Part shown: one piece after another, positions 1 to 10,694 of the stretch
Position numbering within the stretch: the stretch's first letter is position 1
Layout: every line of letters begins with the position of its first letter
DNA from: Ginkgo biloba
Taxonomy: Eukaryota > Plantae > Ginkgophyta
Reading direction: 5' to 3'
Assembly (NCBI GenBank): GCA_024626585.2
Contig: JANKJI020000002.1
Coordinates: forward strand, 175,564,080 to 175,591,340
DNA: 27,261 bases
Made by a program: the position numbers and the translations under genes
Notes under the pieces: model-generated
What the model saw: only the letters and a program-made list of their open reading frames with translations
Database searches by the model: none
What the model was told of the DNA's origin: nothing

Positions 1-398
1 AGTCAAGCCTTTGGAGTGTTCATTAAAGAAGCTCCGCCTATAGAGGAAGAAAACTAATAACTCCCTAGAGAGGTATCATCACTCTTGGAAGAATTCAGTG
101 ATGTTTTCCCAGAAGAACTCCCCAAAGATTAACCTAAAGAAAGAAGTATAGATCATAGTATTGTGGTTGAACTTGGGACAAGACCAACCCACAAAATTCC
201 TTACAGGTTAAGTCATGTTNNNNNNNNNNAGAAGAGGGAGAGAAGCTAATCCAAGAACTACTTGAACACGGTTATATTAGACCCTCTAACTCTCCCTATG
301 GAGCCCTAGTATTGTTGGTAAAGAAAAAAGACGGCTCTAAGAGAATGTGTATTGATTATAGAGCCATAAAGAAGGTAACCATAAAGGATAAGTATCCC
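1..398 (+). pseudogene. Ty3/gypsy pol fragment (PR-RT linker and RT N-terminus), degenerate
   Basis: Manual translation: LLEEFSDVFPEELPKD*PKERSIDHSI...PYRLS [10 N] [52 protein letters not shown], the canonical gypsy RT start. In-frame stops; homology ends abruptly at about 398. Confidence 0.92.
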
Positions 399-1279
399 TA
401 TGCAGATGCTTCTTATTGTAGTAACCAAAAACAATCATGACTGTTATGCAATATTCATTGGTATATTGTATTGGAATCTAACAGAAAATTTGAATTTTCA
501 ACAGGCAAAATTCAGGATATGTATGGTTTTGTATCCATAATTGGCCAAGCAGGTTTGTTCTTTTCTCTTTATGGGGCAGTTCTTGCCAGCCAATGATCAC
601 ATATTGAATTCCCTTAGAGTCACTTCACTACCAAACACACTACTATTTATGCCTGGCATGTTGTGTATATGTATCCTATTTTGGGGGATATGCTCCTCTA
701 CAGTCATTAGGATCTCATCTCACTGTACTGTCTTTAAATGCCTTGTACTTTATTGGCGTGATATTATGTATCTCCACATTTCAAATTTATCGATATCATC
801 CGAAACTATGACATTTTCATCCATAGGAATCACATGACATGTTGGTTGTATCAGAGAAAGAACAGACTTCCAATGTAGATTGAGCTGTTTAACTTCCCTG
901 TCCTAGTTAATCCAATTCAGATATGCAGTAATGATTTTGAAGTTCTGCAAATGTGCACCCAATATGTCTCACTCCTTTTTTAGTAAGAATAGCCTGCACT
1001 TTGTCACTATACTGGCTGATGATAGTGCTGGTGAATAAATGGCCACAAGAGACAGAGAAAGCACCTGTTTCAATGTGTATATCCACTTTGGCTGTACCCA
1101 CAAAGGTGAAGGGATCTTGTTAGCTCTAAATAATACAAAAGTGCCTATGTTCCTATTGCCTAAAATAGGTAAGGCCAACTGAGAGTTATGTCACATTGGT
1201 TATGCAGCTAAACTGCATTTACGGTTGCTAGGTGCCTCCAATATAAGAGTTTATCAACTCTTTGATTTGAGGTTAAATT

Positions 1280-1668
1280 TGTACTTTCTTCCCCACTTTA
1301 GAAGATGGTATTTCTTATATTTTTTAGTCCCTAACATGTATTTATGAGAATCATTGAGAGAGGGATTGGGATAAGTCTCNNNNNNNNNNNNNNNNNNNNN
1401 NNNNNNNNNNNNNNNNNNNNNNNNNNNNNNNNNNNNNGTAAATATGCCAAATATTAATTAATAGAAATAAGGTGATATTTTATTATGTGGGACGAATGGG
1501 TTATATGTATAGCCTATAAATTTATAAGGGTTCTTATTAAGAGGAAAAAAAATTCCCTATGCCCCTTAATCTATGATTAGTTCCCTAAATACTATTTTTC
1601 CTAATTATTAATAATTATCATGCATAAAGGCTCTCTAATTAGGGTCATTACAGGCCCTACCTTCTTGA
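1280..1668 (-). mobile_element. Gypsy PPT and 3' LTR (LTR starts at 1652 on the minus strand)
   Basis: Minus strand reads TTCAAGAAGGTAGGGCC|TGTAATGACCC, a purine-rich tract followed by a typical TGTAAT LTR start. A possible other end (TGTA on +) lies near 1280. Interrupted by a 58-N gap. Confidence 0.5.
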
Positions 1669-2037
1669 AGTGATTTATCCTTGCGTTATTGGAGTCAACA
1701 CATATTTATGCATTTGAAAATATGTCATATGTATAATTATCATTAAAATGTTTAGACATAAATCATATTTTTCTAATTCATCTATGAATAAAATCTAAAA
1801 ACAAATCTTCCTTTGACAATCAATATAATTTCATATCTATCTGCATAGTTGTAATGATTGCATATTGATGTTATCTTCTAGGGATTTTTTATTTCATCTT
1901 GAAGGGTGTATATTTATCATAAAATATTTTTTAAAATNNNNNNNNNNNNNNNNNNNNNNNNNNNNNNNNNNNNNNNNNNNNNNNNNNNNNNNNNNNNNNN
2001 NNNNNNNNNNNNNNNNNNNNNNNNNNNNNNNNNNNNN

Positions 2038-2895
2038 TGGTCATCACTATGTCGATATAAGATTGTACTTTATTCCATTTAGGTATCCATAAGTGCCCAG
2101 AGTGCTTGCCAAAAAAATTCAAGAAATATATTACCTCTTTTTGAGATGATGGATGTGGCAAATTCAAAATATATCTACACATGTTTAAAAAATAATTATT
2201 TTTCTTATTGTCTTATGATAGTCTTCTTGTAGGGAATTAAGACAGTGGTTTTCCTAAATATGTCTATTACTGTAAACAGTAGTCATTTCCTCTATGGGTG
2301 GTTGGTAACCCAATAAGAAATCCATGCAGATAGACTCCCGTGGTATAGATGGTATAGGCAAAGTGATGTACTTTACATTATTTTGATTTACTAGCTTAAA
2401 AATGTAGCATGATGTACATGCCTTTATGAATTTAGAAACATCTTTGGCCATATATGGCTCTAGAAAATGTCTCTAAAAATTATTTAGAGTCTTTTGCACT
2501 AAAGTGACCTACCACCTTGGAATTTTAAAGTTCTCAAATGAGTTGAATTTAGTACCCTTCTTATGGCACACATAGTATATTTTGTTTGTAAAAAAATCTC
2601 ATCTTAAATATGGTAGTCTTAAAGTTGTTCATCCTTCAACATCATTAGTTATTGTATAATAGAGTATATCTCTGCAAAGTCTTTATCATCCTTATAGATA
2701 TATTTGAATACTTTAAATTTAAATTGGTCAATTCTAACAAAAGAGATTAAAGAACAAATCAGGGGTCTCAAAAGGAAAGAACCAATTCAATTACTAGTAC
2801 ACTTCTTGTACCTAATGATAATATTAAATTAATGTAAATAAGTCACCCATTTGAGGTACCTATTATGTTATAGCTTAGAATGAGTCTCCAAATAT
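2038..2895 (-). pseudogene. Ty3/gypsy RNase H C-terminus and integrase (Zn-binding region and core start), highly degenerate
   Basis: ORF 2254-2451 MAKDVSKFIKACTSC...LPIPSIPRESICMDFLLG gives the integrase CxxC and the (W)ESISMDF motif. Upstream LKWVTYLH*FNIIIRYKK and VVGHFS motifs. Many frameshifts. Confidence 0.85.
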
Positions 2896-3089
2896 TGAAG
2901 TTCCTTGCTTATGGGACCAATTACACCTGAGAACGGAGAAAATAACAATGTTGAATAACTCACGGATGTCAAAGACAAATTGTTCATTGCAAGAAGCCCA
3001 TTTTGTTCATTCAAAATCTTCAATAACCTTTTCAGAAGAAATTTCAGCGATCGGGTACTCTTGAGCCTTAACTTGTAGATTGCATGAAC

Positions 3090-3639
3090 ATAAATAGTAG
3101 GTAGAAAACTTATTGATGTTGTTTCTGAATGTGTTTGTACTTTGCTTGCTTCTATAAGGACTTGTCATAATCACTTTGCCAATAATTTCCAGATTGGTCA
3201 ACTGATGGATGGTGGAGATTTCAACCTTGTAACTGGGAGTGATGTGTTGTGGGGTGGGGAGAAAAACGATGCTTGTAACAAAAAAATATCCCCTCTTAGA
3301 AAGTAGGAAAGAGATATTTACAGCAGAAATTGAAATCATTCTAAAGGAGCCCACTAGAGTAGGATTACCCCTCCTGTACACCACTAGTAGGGTTTTATGA
3401 TTATGAGGTATTTGAGAGCTTTCAAAAGAGGACCTTGCTTATTTGATAATGTCCCTTAATGGTTTTATATGGTTCCAAGGAAGGAGGATCTTTGTCTTGT
3501 GATAATGGATGTAATGGAAGATAATGTGTGGAACATTGAATCAGTAGTGAAAAAACTAAAATCACAATAGCAGCAAGGAAAAATTGATGTAGAGGCTCAA
3601 TTAGTTATTGCACAAGCTTTTTGAGATGCTAGGATGTTT
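3090..3639 (+). pseudogene. L1-type LINE ORF2 APE endonuclease remnant
   Basis: Degenerate motifs in the expected order, with frameshifts: LFLNVFV (NVYAP-like), GGDFNLV...D..GG at about 3211, SRI (SRLDR-like) at about 3358, LFDNVP (LSDH-like) at about 3440, then a K/Q-rich helical stretch. Confidence 0.55.
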
Positions 3640-3908
3640 NNNNNNNNNNNNNNNNNNNNNNNNNNNNNNNNNNNNNNNNNNNNNNNNNNNNNNNNNNNNN
3701 NNNNNNNNNNNNNNNNNNNNNNNNNNNNNNNNNNNNNNNNNNNNNNNNNNNNNNNNNNNNNNNNNNNNNNNNNNNNNNNNNNNNNNNNNNNNNNNNNNNN
3801 NNNNNNNNNNNNNNNNNNNNNNNNNNNNNNNNNNNNNNNNNNNNNNNNNNNNNNNNNNNNNNNNNNNNNNNNNNNNNNNNNNNNNNNNNNNNNNNNNNNN
3901 NNNNNNNN

Positions 3909-4130
3909 GACACATCTCAAACTAGGATTGTGGTTAATGGAAGTGAAAGGAAGGGGCATTTTTAGGGTTCACTTTAGCACTATTGAAGATTGCATGAAAG
4001 ATAAAACCAATGGCCCCTGGTTCTATATGGGAATAGGGATTTCCTTCCAATTGTCATATCCTCATTTGAATCAAATGAACCTAGGTCCATTAAAAATTAG
4101 TAGTGTGGGTGAGGTGAGACTACCCTTTTT
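3909..4130 (+). pseudogene. Plant L1 LINE ORF1 fragment (DUF4283)
   Basis: GIFRVHFSTIEDCMKDKTNGPWFYMG...; removing a 5-bp GTGAG duplication at about 4109-4118 restores the diagnostic VWVRLPF motif. Confidence 0.72.
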
Positions 4131-5060
4131 TTTTTTTTTTTATTGATGGGCTCCCTTGCCCTTTGGATTGGCTTTTTTTCACTTTTCTTCTTCACACGAG
4201 GGTTGAGAATGTGAGTGGGTCTTTGTTGGAGGGGCATTTTCGATTGGCCCAACCTGCTGAGTTTGAGAGAGATCCTTCTTGTTCAGAAGTGGGTAGTCTT
4301 TAATTATGTTCTTAGGACTTTGGCATTGGAAGCAGGTGTTAGGGACGTTCATGTACTTCATTGGCTGCACGAAAGCAAGATGGCTACATTGAATGCATAG
4401 CTTGTTCTTTAGCTCTTTTGATAGGTCTACCTCTACAGAGACACGATGATTAGGTCTCGGGTTAAAAACCCAATGCAGCTCATGGCAAAGAAAGGTGCCT
4501 ATAGGCAAGACTATTGAGTTGAGAAACTCCTAATATGGCATGGGCAATCTAGGGAATTCAACCCATACTGTGTAGTTGTAAGATACCACTTTTCCTATAG
4601 AAAAATTAGGAGACGAGTGGCTCAAAACCACAAGGTTCCTTCTATAGGTCCATGGACCTCTGAGAAACACTTCTTTGCTCATTTCAAGAGTTTCGAACAT
4701 GAATGAGTAGAACCCCCCAGTCAAGTAACAGATGGAAATAACATTCTAGCTATGCATTTCCAAGGATTCTTGATCCATTCTCTCAGGATAGACTCAGGAG
4801 GAGGATGGCCTAGAAAATATCCAATAAGAGTTCTAGCAGAAATATTTAAATGCTAAGGATGGAGAAATACATCTAGAGAATCAAGCTTACCTCGTGGTAT
4901 ACTTTGGGAACAAACTTTCGAGCTCACTTTGGCACTATGCGAGCCTCCTCCGACACTAAGCTTGCAACTAATCTGAAAATTCAAAAAGGCACTATCGTGG
5001 GAATGACCAAGGGAGATAACAATGGATATATCTTCCATTATTAGTGTTGGTCGCCATTTT
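4126..5060 (-). pseudogene. Plant L1 LINE ORF1 (DUF4283 plus degenerate CX2CX4HX4C zinc knuckle), ending in poly(A)
   Basis: RTLIGYFLGHPPP..LREWI, GGFYSFMF...VFLRGPWTY...VWVEFPRLP, RVSVEVDLSKEL, YMNVPNTCFQCQSPKNIIKDYP across ORFs 4853-5038, 4530-4724 and 4179-4508 (one frameshift, stops). Followed by CAAT+A16 (T-run 4126-4141). Confidence 0.85.
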
Positions 5061-5593
5061 GGGCATAATTAAGGGAGCCTATCACTGGATTAAAGGTTGA
5101 GGGTGGTGGAAAATCTATGAAATAAACACTGAGAGGCTATAAATCATACAAATTGAACACATTCAGCTTGCACAGGTCCTCTCCATTCCCATTTCCCATC
5201 CACCTCTTCGATTTGGCTACCTCTCGAGATGCAACTATTATTACTATACTGTACATATCAAATACATATGTCCAACATCGTGCTCCTATGATTTGGGGTG
5301 GAGGGGAACAAAAATTGTCATTGGATGGGAATACAAAAATGGGAAGAACATAGATCACAAGTAGAAGATAGTAGAGGGTGATAAGGTAAAGGCAATAGAA
5401 AATAATGGTAAATTAGGGCCAACTACACATTGCACAAAAGCTAGGTGTCAAAGTGATCTTTAGTAAAAAAAAGCTTGAAATAATGAAAACAAANNNNNNN
5501 NNNNNNNNNNNNNNNNNNNNNNNNNNNNNNNNNNNNNNNNNNNNNNNNNNNNNNNNNNNNNNNNNNNNNNNNNNNNNNNNNNNNNNNNNNNNN

Positions 5594-5863
5594 CCCTTCT
5601 TATGTTTAGTCATTGTATTAAATGTAATTAATTATTGTTAATCATAACTTCTGAAGGAAGGTATGAGGAGGTTATTGTTTGGGCGTCTATTTAATAGACC
5701 CCGTATCCCTTCTATAATCATGTCGAAGACAAGTTGTATTGGATCAATTCCGTGTGTATTGCAATAATAAAAAATCTGTGGTAGACCAATTCTACCGGGA
5801 AAATCTCTTGTATCGTGTTTGATTCTTGTTTCCTCGTTTACCACCTGTGATTCTGAATTCACA
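5594..5863 (+). mobile_element. 3' half of an LTR (solo or 3' LTR)
   Basis: TATA-like CTATTTAATAG, then AATAATAAAAA, a T-rich U5-like stretch and a ...AATTCACA end. No tRNA primer-binding site (PBS) follows. The 5' part is lost in a gap. Confidence 0.45.
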
Positions 5864-6449
5864 TGAGGAAGAGACCTATAAGACGACTGAATGGAAAAGA
5901 AGTTAGCATAGTTAATTTATTGGACAACCACATTGTAAATGAATTGATGCATATGTAATATTCTATGTTTAATCACAAGCTCAGTCAAGTGTATAACAGA
6001 AACATGGCTGATGGAAAACTTAGTTAATGATACAATCTGCTTTAGGGAATTAAATGGCACATGTTGCATTTTATTGCTAAATAACTGCAAGATTAATCTT
6101 TTCAAATCAGACTTGTATTGGTTAACATAAAGAGTTTAGGAAGCCTCTTTGTAGAAATATGAGTGGAGAATCTTTTAACTCTTTGAGGCTATACAAGAAC
6201 TATAGAATTGTGCTGCTAAGAAATTTTTGTTGTTCTCAAAGCTAGGAAATTCCTGTACATTCAATGCAGAACCTTCTTCTTTTATGGTTTGGATGACAGG
6301 GAAAATAGGGATAAAGGAAACATTCCATCCCTCAAACAAATAGCTCATAAGGGCAATGTAATATAGGGTCAGTTCAGAAAGTTCCACATTCTGACAATGC
6401 AGTAAGTTATCTCCAATGCCTGCAGAATGTACAGAAAAGATCTGACTAG

Positions 6450-6508
6450 CTCTACTTCAGAATGGGTGCACAGGGGTGCTGCACCTCGACAAACTCTACT
6501 TCAGAATG
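6450..6508 (+). repeat. Perfect 15-bp direct repeat (TSD-like) flanking a 29-bp GC-rich insert
   Basis: CTCTACTTCAGAATG at 6450-6464 and 6494-6508, with insert GGTGCACAGGGGTGCTGCACCTCGACAAA between them. Confidence 0.9.
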
Positions 6509-8631
6509 TTTTAAGAGAGCACGTTACATAATAATAATATTGTAGTCACATTATTTAAATATAGCATCAAAATGCTATTGAGGAATAACATAAATCTTAT
6601 GAATCAAGTATAAATAGTCAATTCAAAGCTTAACCTGGTGAATGAAGTTTTTTTTAAATGGATTACAAGTTTATATTCCATAGTTGTGTTGCTGTGATGT
6701 TTTTTATTAAGCTGGACATACCACTATTTCAATCATAAAATTGTTTATGTTAGGATCAACTTCTGATAGTATGTTGTTGATCTCAATAGACGTGTAAGAG
6801 CACTACATTTGGATTGAAGTAAAATGCATGTATGCCTTTAAATAGAAAATCAAGGAAAATATTGGTTGTAGGTTGCCATACTTAATTTCTCCTTATAATT
6901 TCCCAGATTAATACTTATGTTTCAAGACCATGGACCTCTTGAATTTTATTATGGAAACTCCCTGCATTACAAAAGAAGCCCATAGGCTAGGTTTGCCCCC
7001 CATAAAATTTGAAATCGTGCCAACCTTGTGGNNNNNNNNNNNNNNNNNNNNNNNNNNNNNNNNNNNNNNNNGGATACATAAGGCATTATTACTGGTAAGT
7101 AGCCTGATATTTTCTTAGGTATTTGATTGAGTAGCTTTCACATTTCTTATAGACATGTAGTCATTAAGCAGAATGGAAATTTATTTGAATTTGGTTCTCT
7201 GGTTCATTTATGCAGGGGTGACCAAACAGATCTTAATTTTTCTACCATGCCAACAAATGCATATTCACTGACTGACAAGACTTTTCTGGGTATGTCTCAG
7301 CTCCAATGGTACTAAATAATTTGTTCTGTCTTTTGTCCACTTCCCTATCCCCCTTAACTAAATAAGCTGTATAATAGTACACTAGCCCCTGTAAAATGCT
7401 TGGTCTGCATATGTATCATTCCCTTCTCTGAAAATAACGAGAAGGATGTCTGAACCTTTATATGACTCATTATTTTCTCTGTCCTTTACATGCTGGCCTT
7501 TGTTATTTGTGTTTCTTCTACTTCACTCAATAGAATAAAAAAAATACATAATACAGAAACATTCAGTATCTGCCAACAATAGCTTGAATTCATAGACCAC
7601 AGAGACATTTGAAGAATGTTCTAAGGCTTCTAAATCTATCTTGCGATAAATCTAAAATTGTCCCGAATTTTTTCTGGTATATATCCTAAACCATAATTCA
7701 TGCAAATTTTGGCCTCACATTTTGGATCAGACTAGATCATCATTAGTTCAAAATCACCAAGCAGATTTTCAAGTTATGTAAGAAGCAAACCAACAAGTTT
7801 GAGCATCTAGAATTACAATCAATGAGGAAAGAAGACTTAATCTACAGTTCAACTTGTGCTGGAAGAAAGTGAACAAGTTTTAGCATCCATCATGGTTCAA
7901 CCAACACTAGTCCATACCTATAAAAGAAATGTTTCAATATTACCTTTTCTTTGATTGTAAAAGACAGTTTCATTATATTAGAAATATAACAATATTGATA
8001 CTGTTAAATGTTGGGTGTACTCGAGCATGCTTACAACACTGTGTAGTAACACACACTCTTGACAGGAGGAGGGCTATCTGCTACATAAGTTATAGAAAAA
8101 GATACAACTTAGACAAATATAAATCGGTTCCAAGGCTGTGTAGTATGACTGAAAGGAGAAAAAAGACCAAGGGCATACAATATAAACCAATAATGTTGTA
8201 CAGTCATGGCCGAAAAATGCCCCAAGGGTAGAGAGTAAACTGGAGAACTCCAAAAGCTAGCAACATGCATATAATGCCAAACATTAGGCCATAGGATCCA
8301 TCAAAGGAGGACCAGAACTATCATCCTCATTTTGGTTATCCCCCCATCCCAATGAAGGCTTATTTTGCTATCAAGCACGCATCCCCCCCTCAAAAAACGA
8401 AAAATCATATCATTTGTCCTCTTGGGAGCTTCCCAACTATCACTTGCATGGTGAACAACATGTGGAACAAGGAGGGCCTTGTCATTCATTGTTGGTTGAG
8501 GGGGAGGAAATGTGTATGGATGGGAGATTTATAACATTGTGAGCCCCTGCTGCCCTTTTTTAAAATTTGAAATTATAGCAGTGTGATCCCTTACTTCCCT
8601 TTCAAGACTCACTTGATTGTTGGCCCTCCTC

Positions 8632-9097
8632 ATTTACAAACTGAACGCCAATAAAGCAACTGACACAGAAGGGGTTCAGTCTAAATTCTTGAAGCATGGT
8701 CTAGGACCTTTAGCTTGCCTTATTGCTAGCCTTTTCAATGGCATTGTTTGCTCGTGCTTTCCTCCTTCCTAGACCCACCATATCATTCACCCCATTTATA
8801 AATCACTTGATAAGTTGGATCTAGGAACTACAGGACCATACGATAGGTCATATACTAGCCAAACTCTATGCTACAATTATCAACATTTATCTCTTAGAAT
8901 GGTTGGAGAGTGTTGATTGTAGATCCAAAGGCCAGGAAAGCCTTCACCATGACTACCAAATGGTTGACCACATTCTCAAAATGAAGGCCATCATTGGCGA
9001 GGCAAGACAGTAGTCTTCCAAAATCTATTGTTGCTTTGTGGACATTAGGAAGGCCTTTGATATTGTTCCTAGGGATCTTCTCTTTGAGAGGTTTCAT
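8632..9097 (+). pseudogene. Non-LTR retrotransposon reverse transcriptase fragment (RTE/RTEX-like)
   Basis: KLNANKATDTEG...LFN...FPPS*THHIIHPIYK..NYRT..IGHILAKLYATI...GQ...DHILKMKAII...KIYCCFVDIRKAFDIVPRDLLFERF, the N-terminal RT motifs through the DxxKAFD motif. Frameshifts near 8822-8840. Confidence 0.9.
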
Positions 9098-9284
9098 TCT
9101 TTAGATATTCCAAGTCGGATGAAATTTTGAATAATAAGGCAAATGTGCCTATGATGTGTGCCTTGGAATTGTTTCTACGACATTNNNNNNNNNNNNNNNN
9201 NNNNNNNNNNNNNNNNNNNNNNNNNNNNNNNNNNNNNNNNNNNNNNNNNNNNNNNNNNNNNNNNNNNNNNNNNNNNNNNNNNNN

Positions 9285-10569
9285 CTGACATTGTCGAAGA
9301 TGTGTAAATACTAAATTAAGAACCGACATCATCGACGGCCTTTTAGTGGGTTGTCGACACCGTCAGGCAATGGTTGGCTGACACTGACATGACGGTTGGA
9401 CTCAACGAGTGTCAGGAGTTAGAAAAGGGCATTTTGATTATTTTGTGAAGATGCCATGTTGGGGACTGACATCGAGGAAACTGACAGATAGTGGCGGTGC
9501 CCAATCACTCACCTTCCGAAGTTAATGTAGCATGGTGGGAATCGACTGCTAGCGCTTAGTGAGCTGATACTGCATTTGCAAGGCAGTGGAAGGAGATGGT
9601 CGAGGCATGGTTGAGGGAGCTATGGTTAATCTTGATTGGCAAACCCTCTGACAAGGCATTTAATGCCTCACCAACTGCGCCCTTGGAGGAGGCGAAGCTA
9701 TCTGAAGAAGAAGGATAAAGGCTCAAAAGAAGAGGAGAAAGGGGTTCTTTTCTCTAAGGTTTTTGCTGGAAAGAGTTTTGCAAGCGATTTCTGGAAGCAA
9801 GGGAAGTGCTTTTCTCTTCATGTTCAATTTGATTGGGGTTTTGAGAACGGTTTTAGCTCAACTGGCTAAGCAAGTGGATTGGTTAACTGTATGCAGGCAG
9901 CTGAAGGAGTGGTTGATGAAGAAGCAGAGTGTATGCAAAGGCTTATGAATTGCTTGAATACTAGTGAAGAGAACTTCGCCTGGTTTTGGTGTTTGAATCA
10001 CCTGCAAGCCGACATAATCGCTAATTGAGGTAGTTGGTAATGGTTGGTTAGCTCTACCAAAATAATTTGGTGCTTGAGGCACTTGCAGACCAACATAATC
10101 ACTGATCGAGGCAGTTGGTAAGGATGACGTGAATTTAGCCTAACATTTGGTGTGTGAAGCACTTGTAGACCGACAAAAGCACCAATTGAGGCAGTTGGTA
10201 GTGGCATAGAGCATCCTGCTAAATGTCTTGGTGTGCAAAACACTTGTAGATTGACTAAAGCGTCGATTGAGGCCATTGGTGAAGGCGTTGAGGTTCCACC
10301 AAGGATGCGCAAAGACAAAAAGGCGTGAAGAGTCCGTCGACGTGCCAGTTTGAAGGCTAAACAGAGCTTGTCGTATTTCACCGACAGAGACTGAGTTAGG
10401 CTTAGAGCTAATGGTTGTATTTCCTAGCTTCTTTTGTAACATTGATGTGTAATGCCTGCCGACATGTGATTTAAGTCGCAGAGGCTTCTTGTAAAGCTCT
10501 AAAGTTATCCTTGGGTTATCTTCCTAATGTACCTAGAGTATTATTCCCCATGAGGGTTTCTTCGATTCA
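9285..10569 (+). mobile_element. LTR-like non-coding retrotransposon sequence
   Basis: No credible protein. Dense (C/T)GACA/TGTC(A/G) motifs, an internal tandem array, and a TTCCCCATGAGGGTTTC motif near the 3' end resembling plant LTR U5 regions. Both ends fall in 100-N gaps. Confidence 0.45.
9985..10281. repeat. ~81-bp tandem array, four 55-bp cores
   Basis: Cores (TTGGTG..GAA.CACTTG.AGACCGACA.AA.C.C.ATTGAGGCAGTTGGTA) start at 9985, 10066, 10146 and 10227, separated by 25-26-bp divergent segments. Confidence 0.9.
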
Positions 10570-10694
10570 NNNNNNNNNNNNNNNNNNNNNNNNNNNNNNN
10601 NNNNNNNNNNNNNNNNNNNNNNNNNNNNNNNNNNNNNNNNNNNNNNNNNNNNNNNNNNNNNNNNNNNNNCACTTGTTGCTTCCTTATTATTACA

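Noticed and set aside
907-1101. PPR E-domain-like peptide (KVQAILTKKGVRHIGCTFAE)
   Set aside because: Only a short superficial resemblance; no PPR repeats upstream and no DYW domain downstream.
3007-3384. 125-aa minus-strand ORF as a gene
   Set aside because: It is antisense to the LINE endonuclease remnant and has no recognisable motifs.
7072-8560. Short ORFs as host exons
   Set aside because: No recognisable domains, no consistent frame and no supported splice structure.
9985-10281. CRISPR array
   Set aside because: Cores are 55 bp and degenerate, spacers 1 and 3 share residual similarity, there are no cas genes, and the context is eukaryotic TE sequence.
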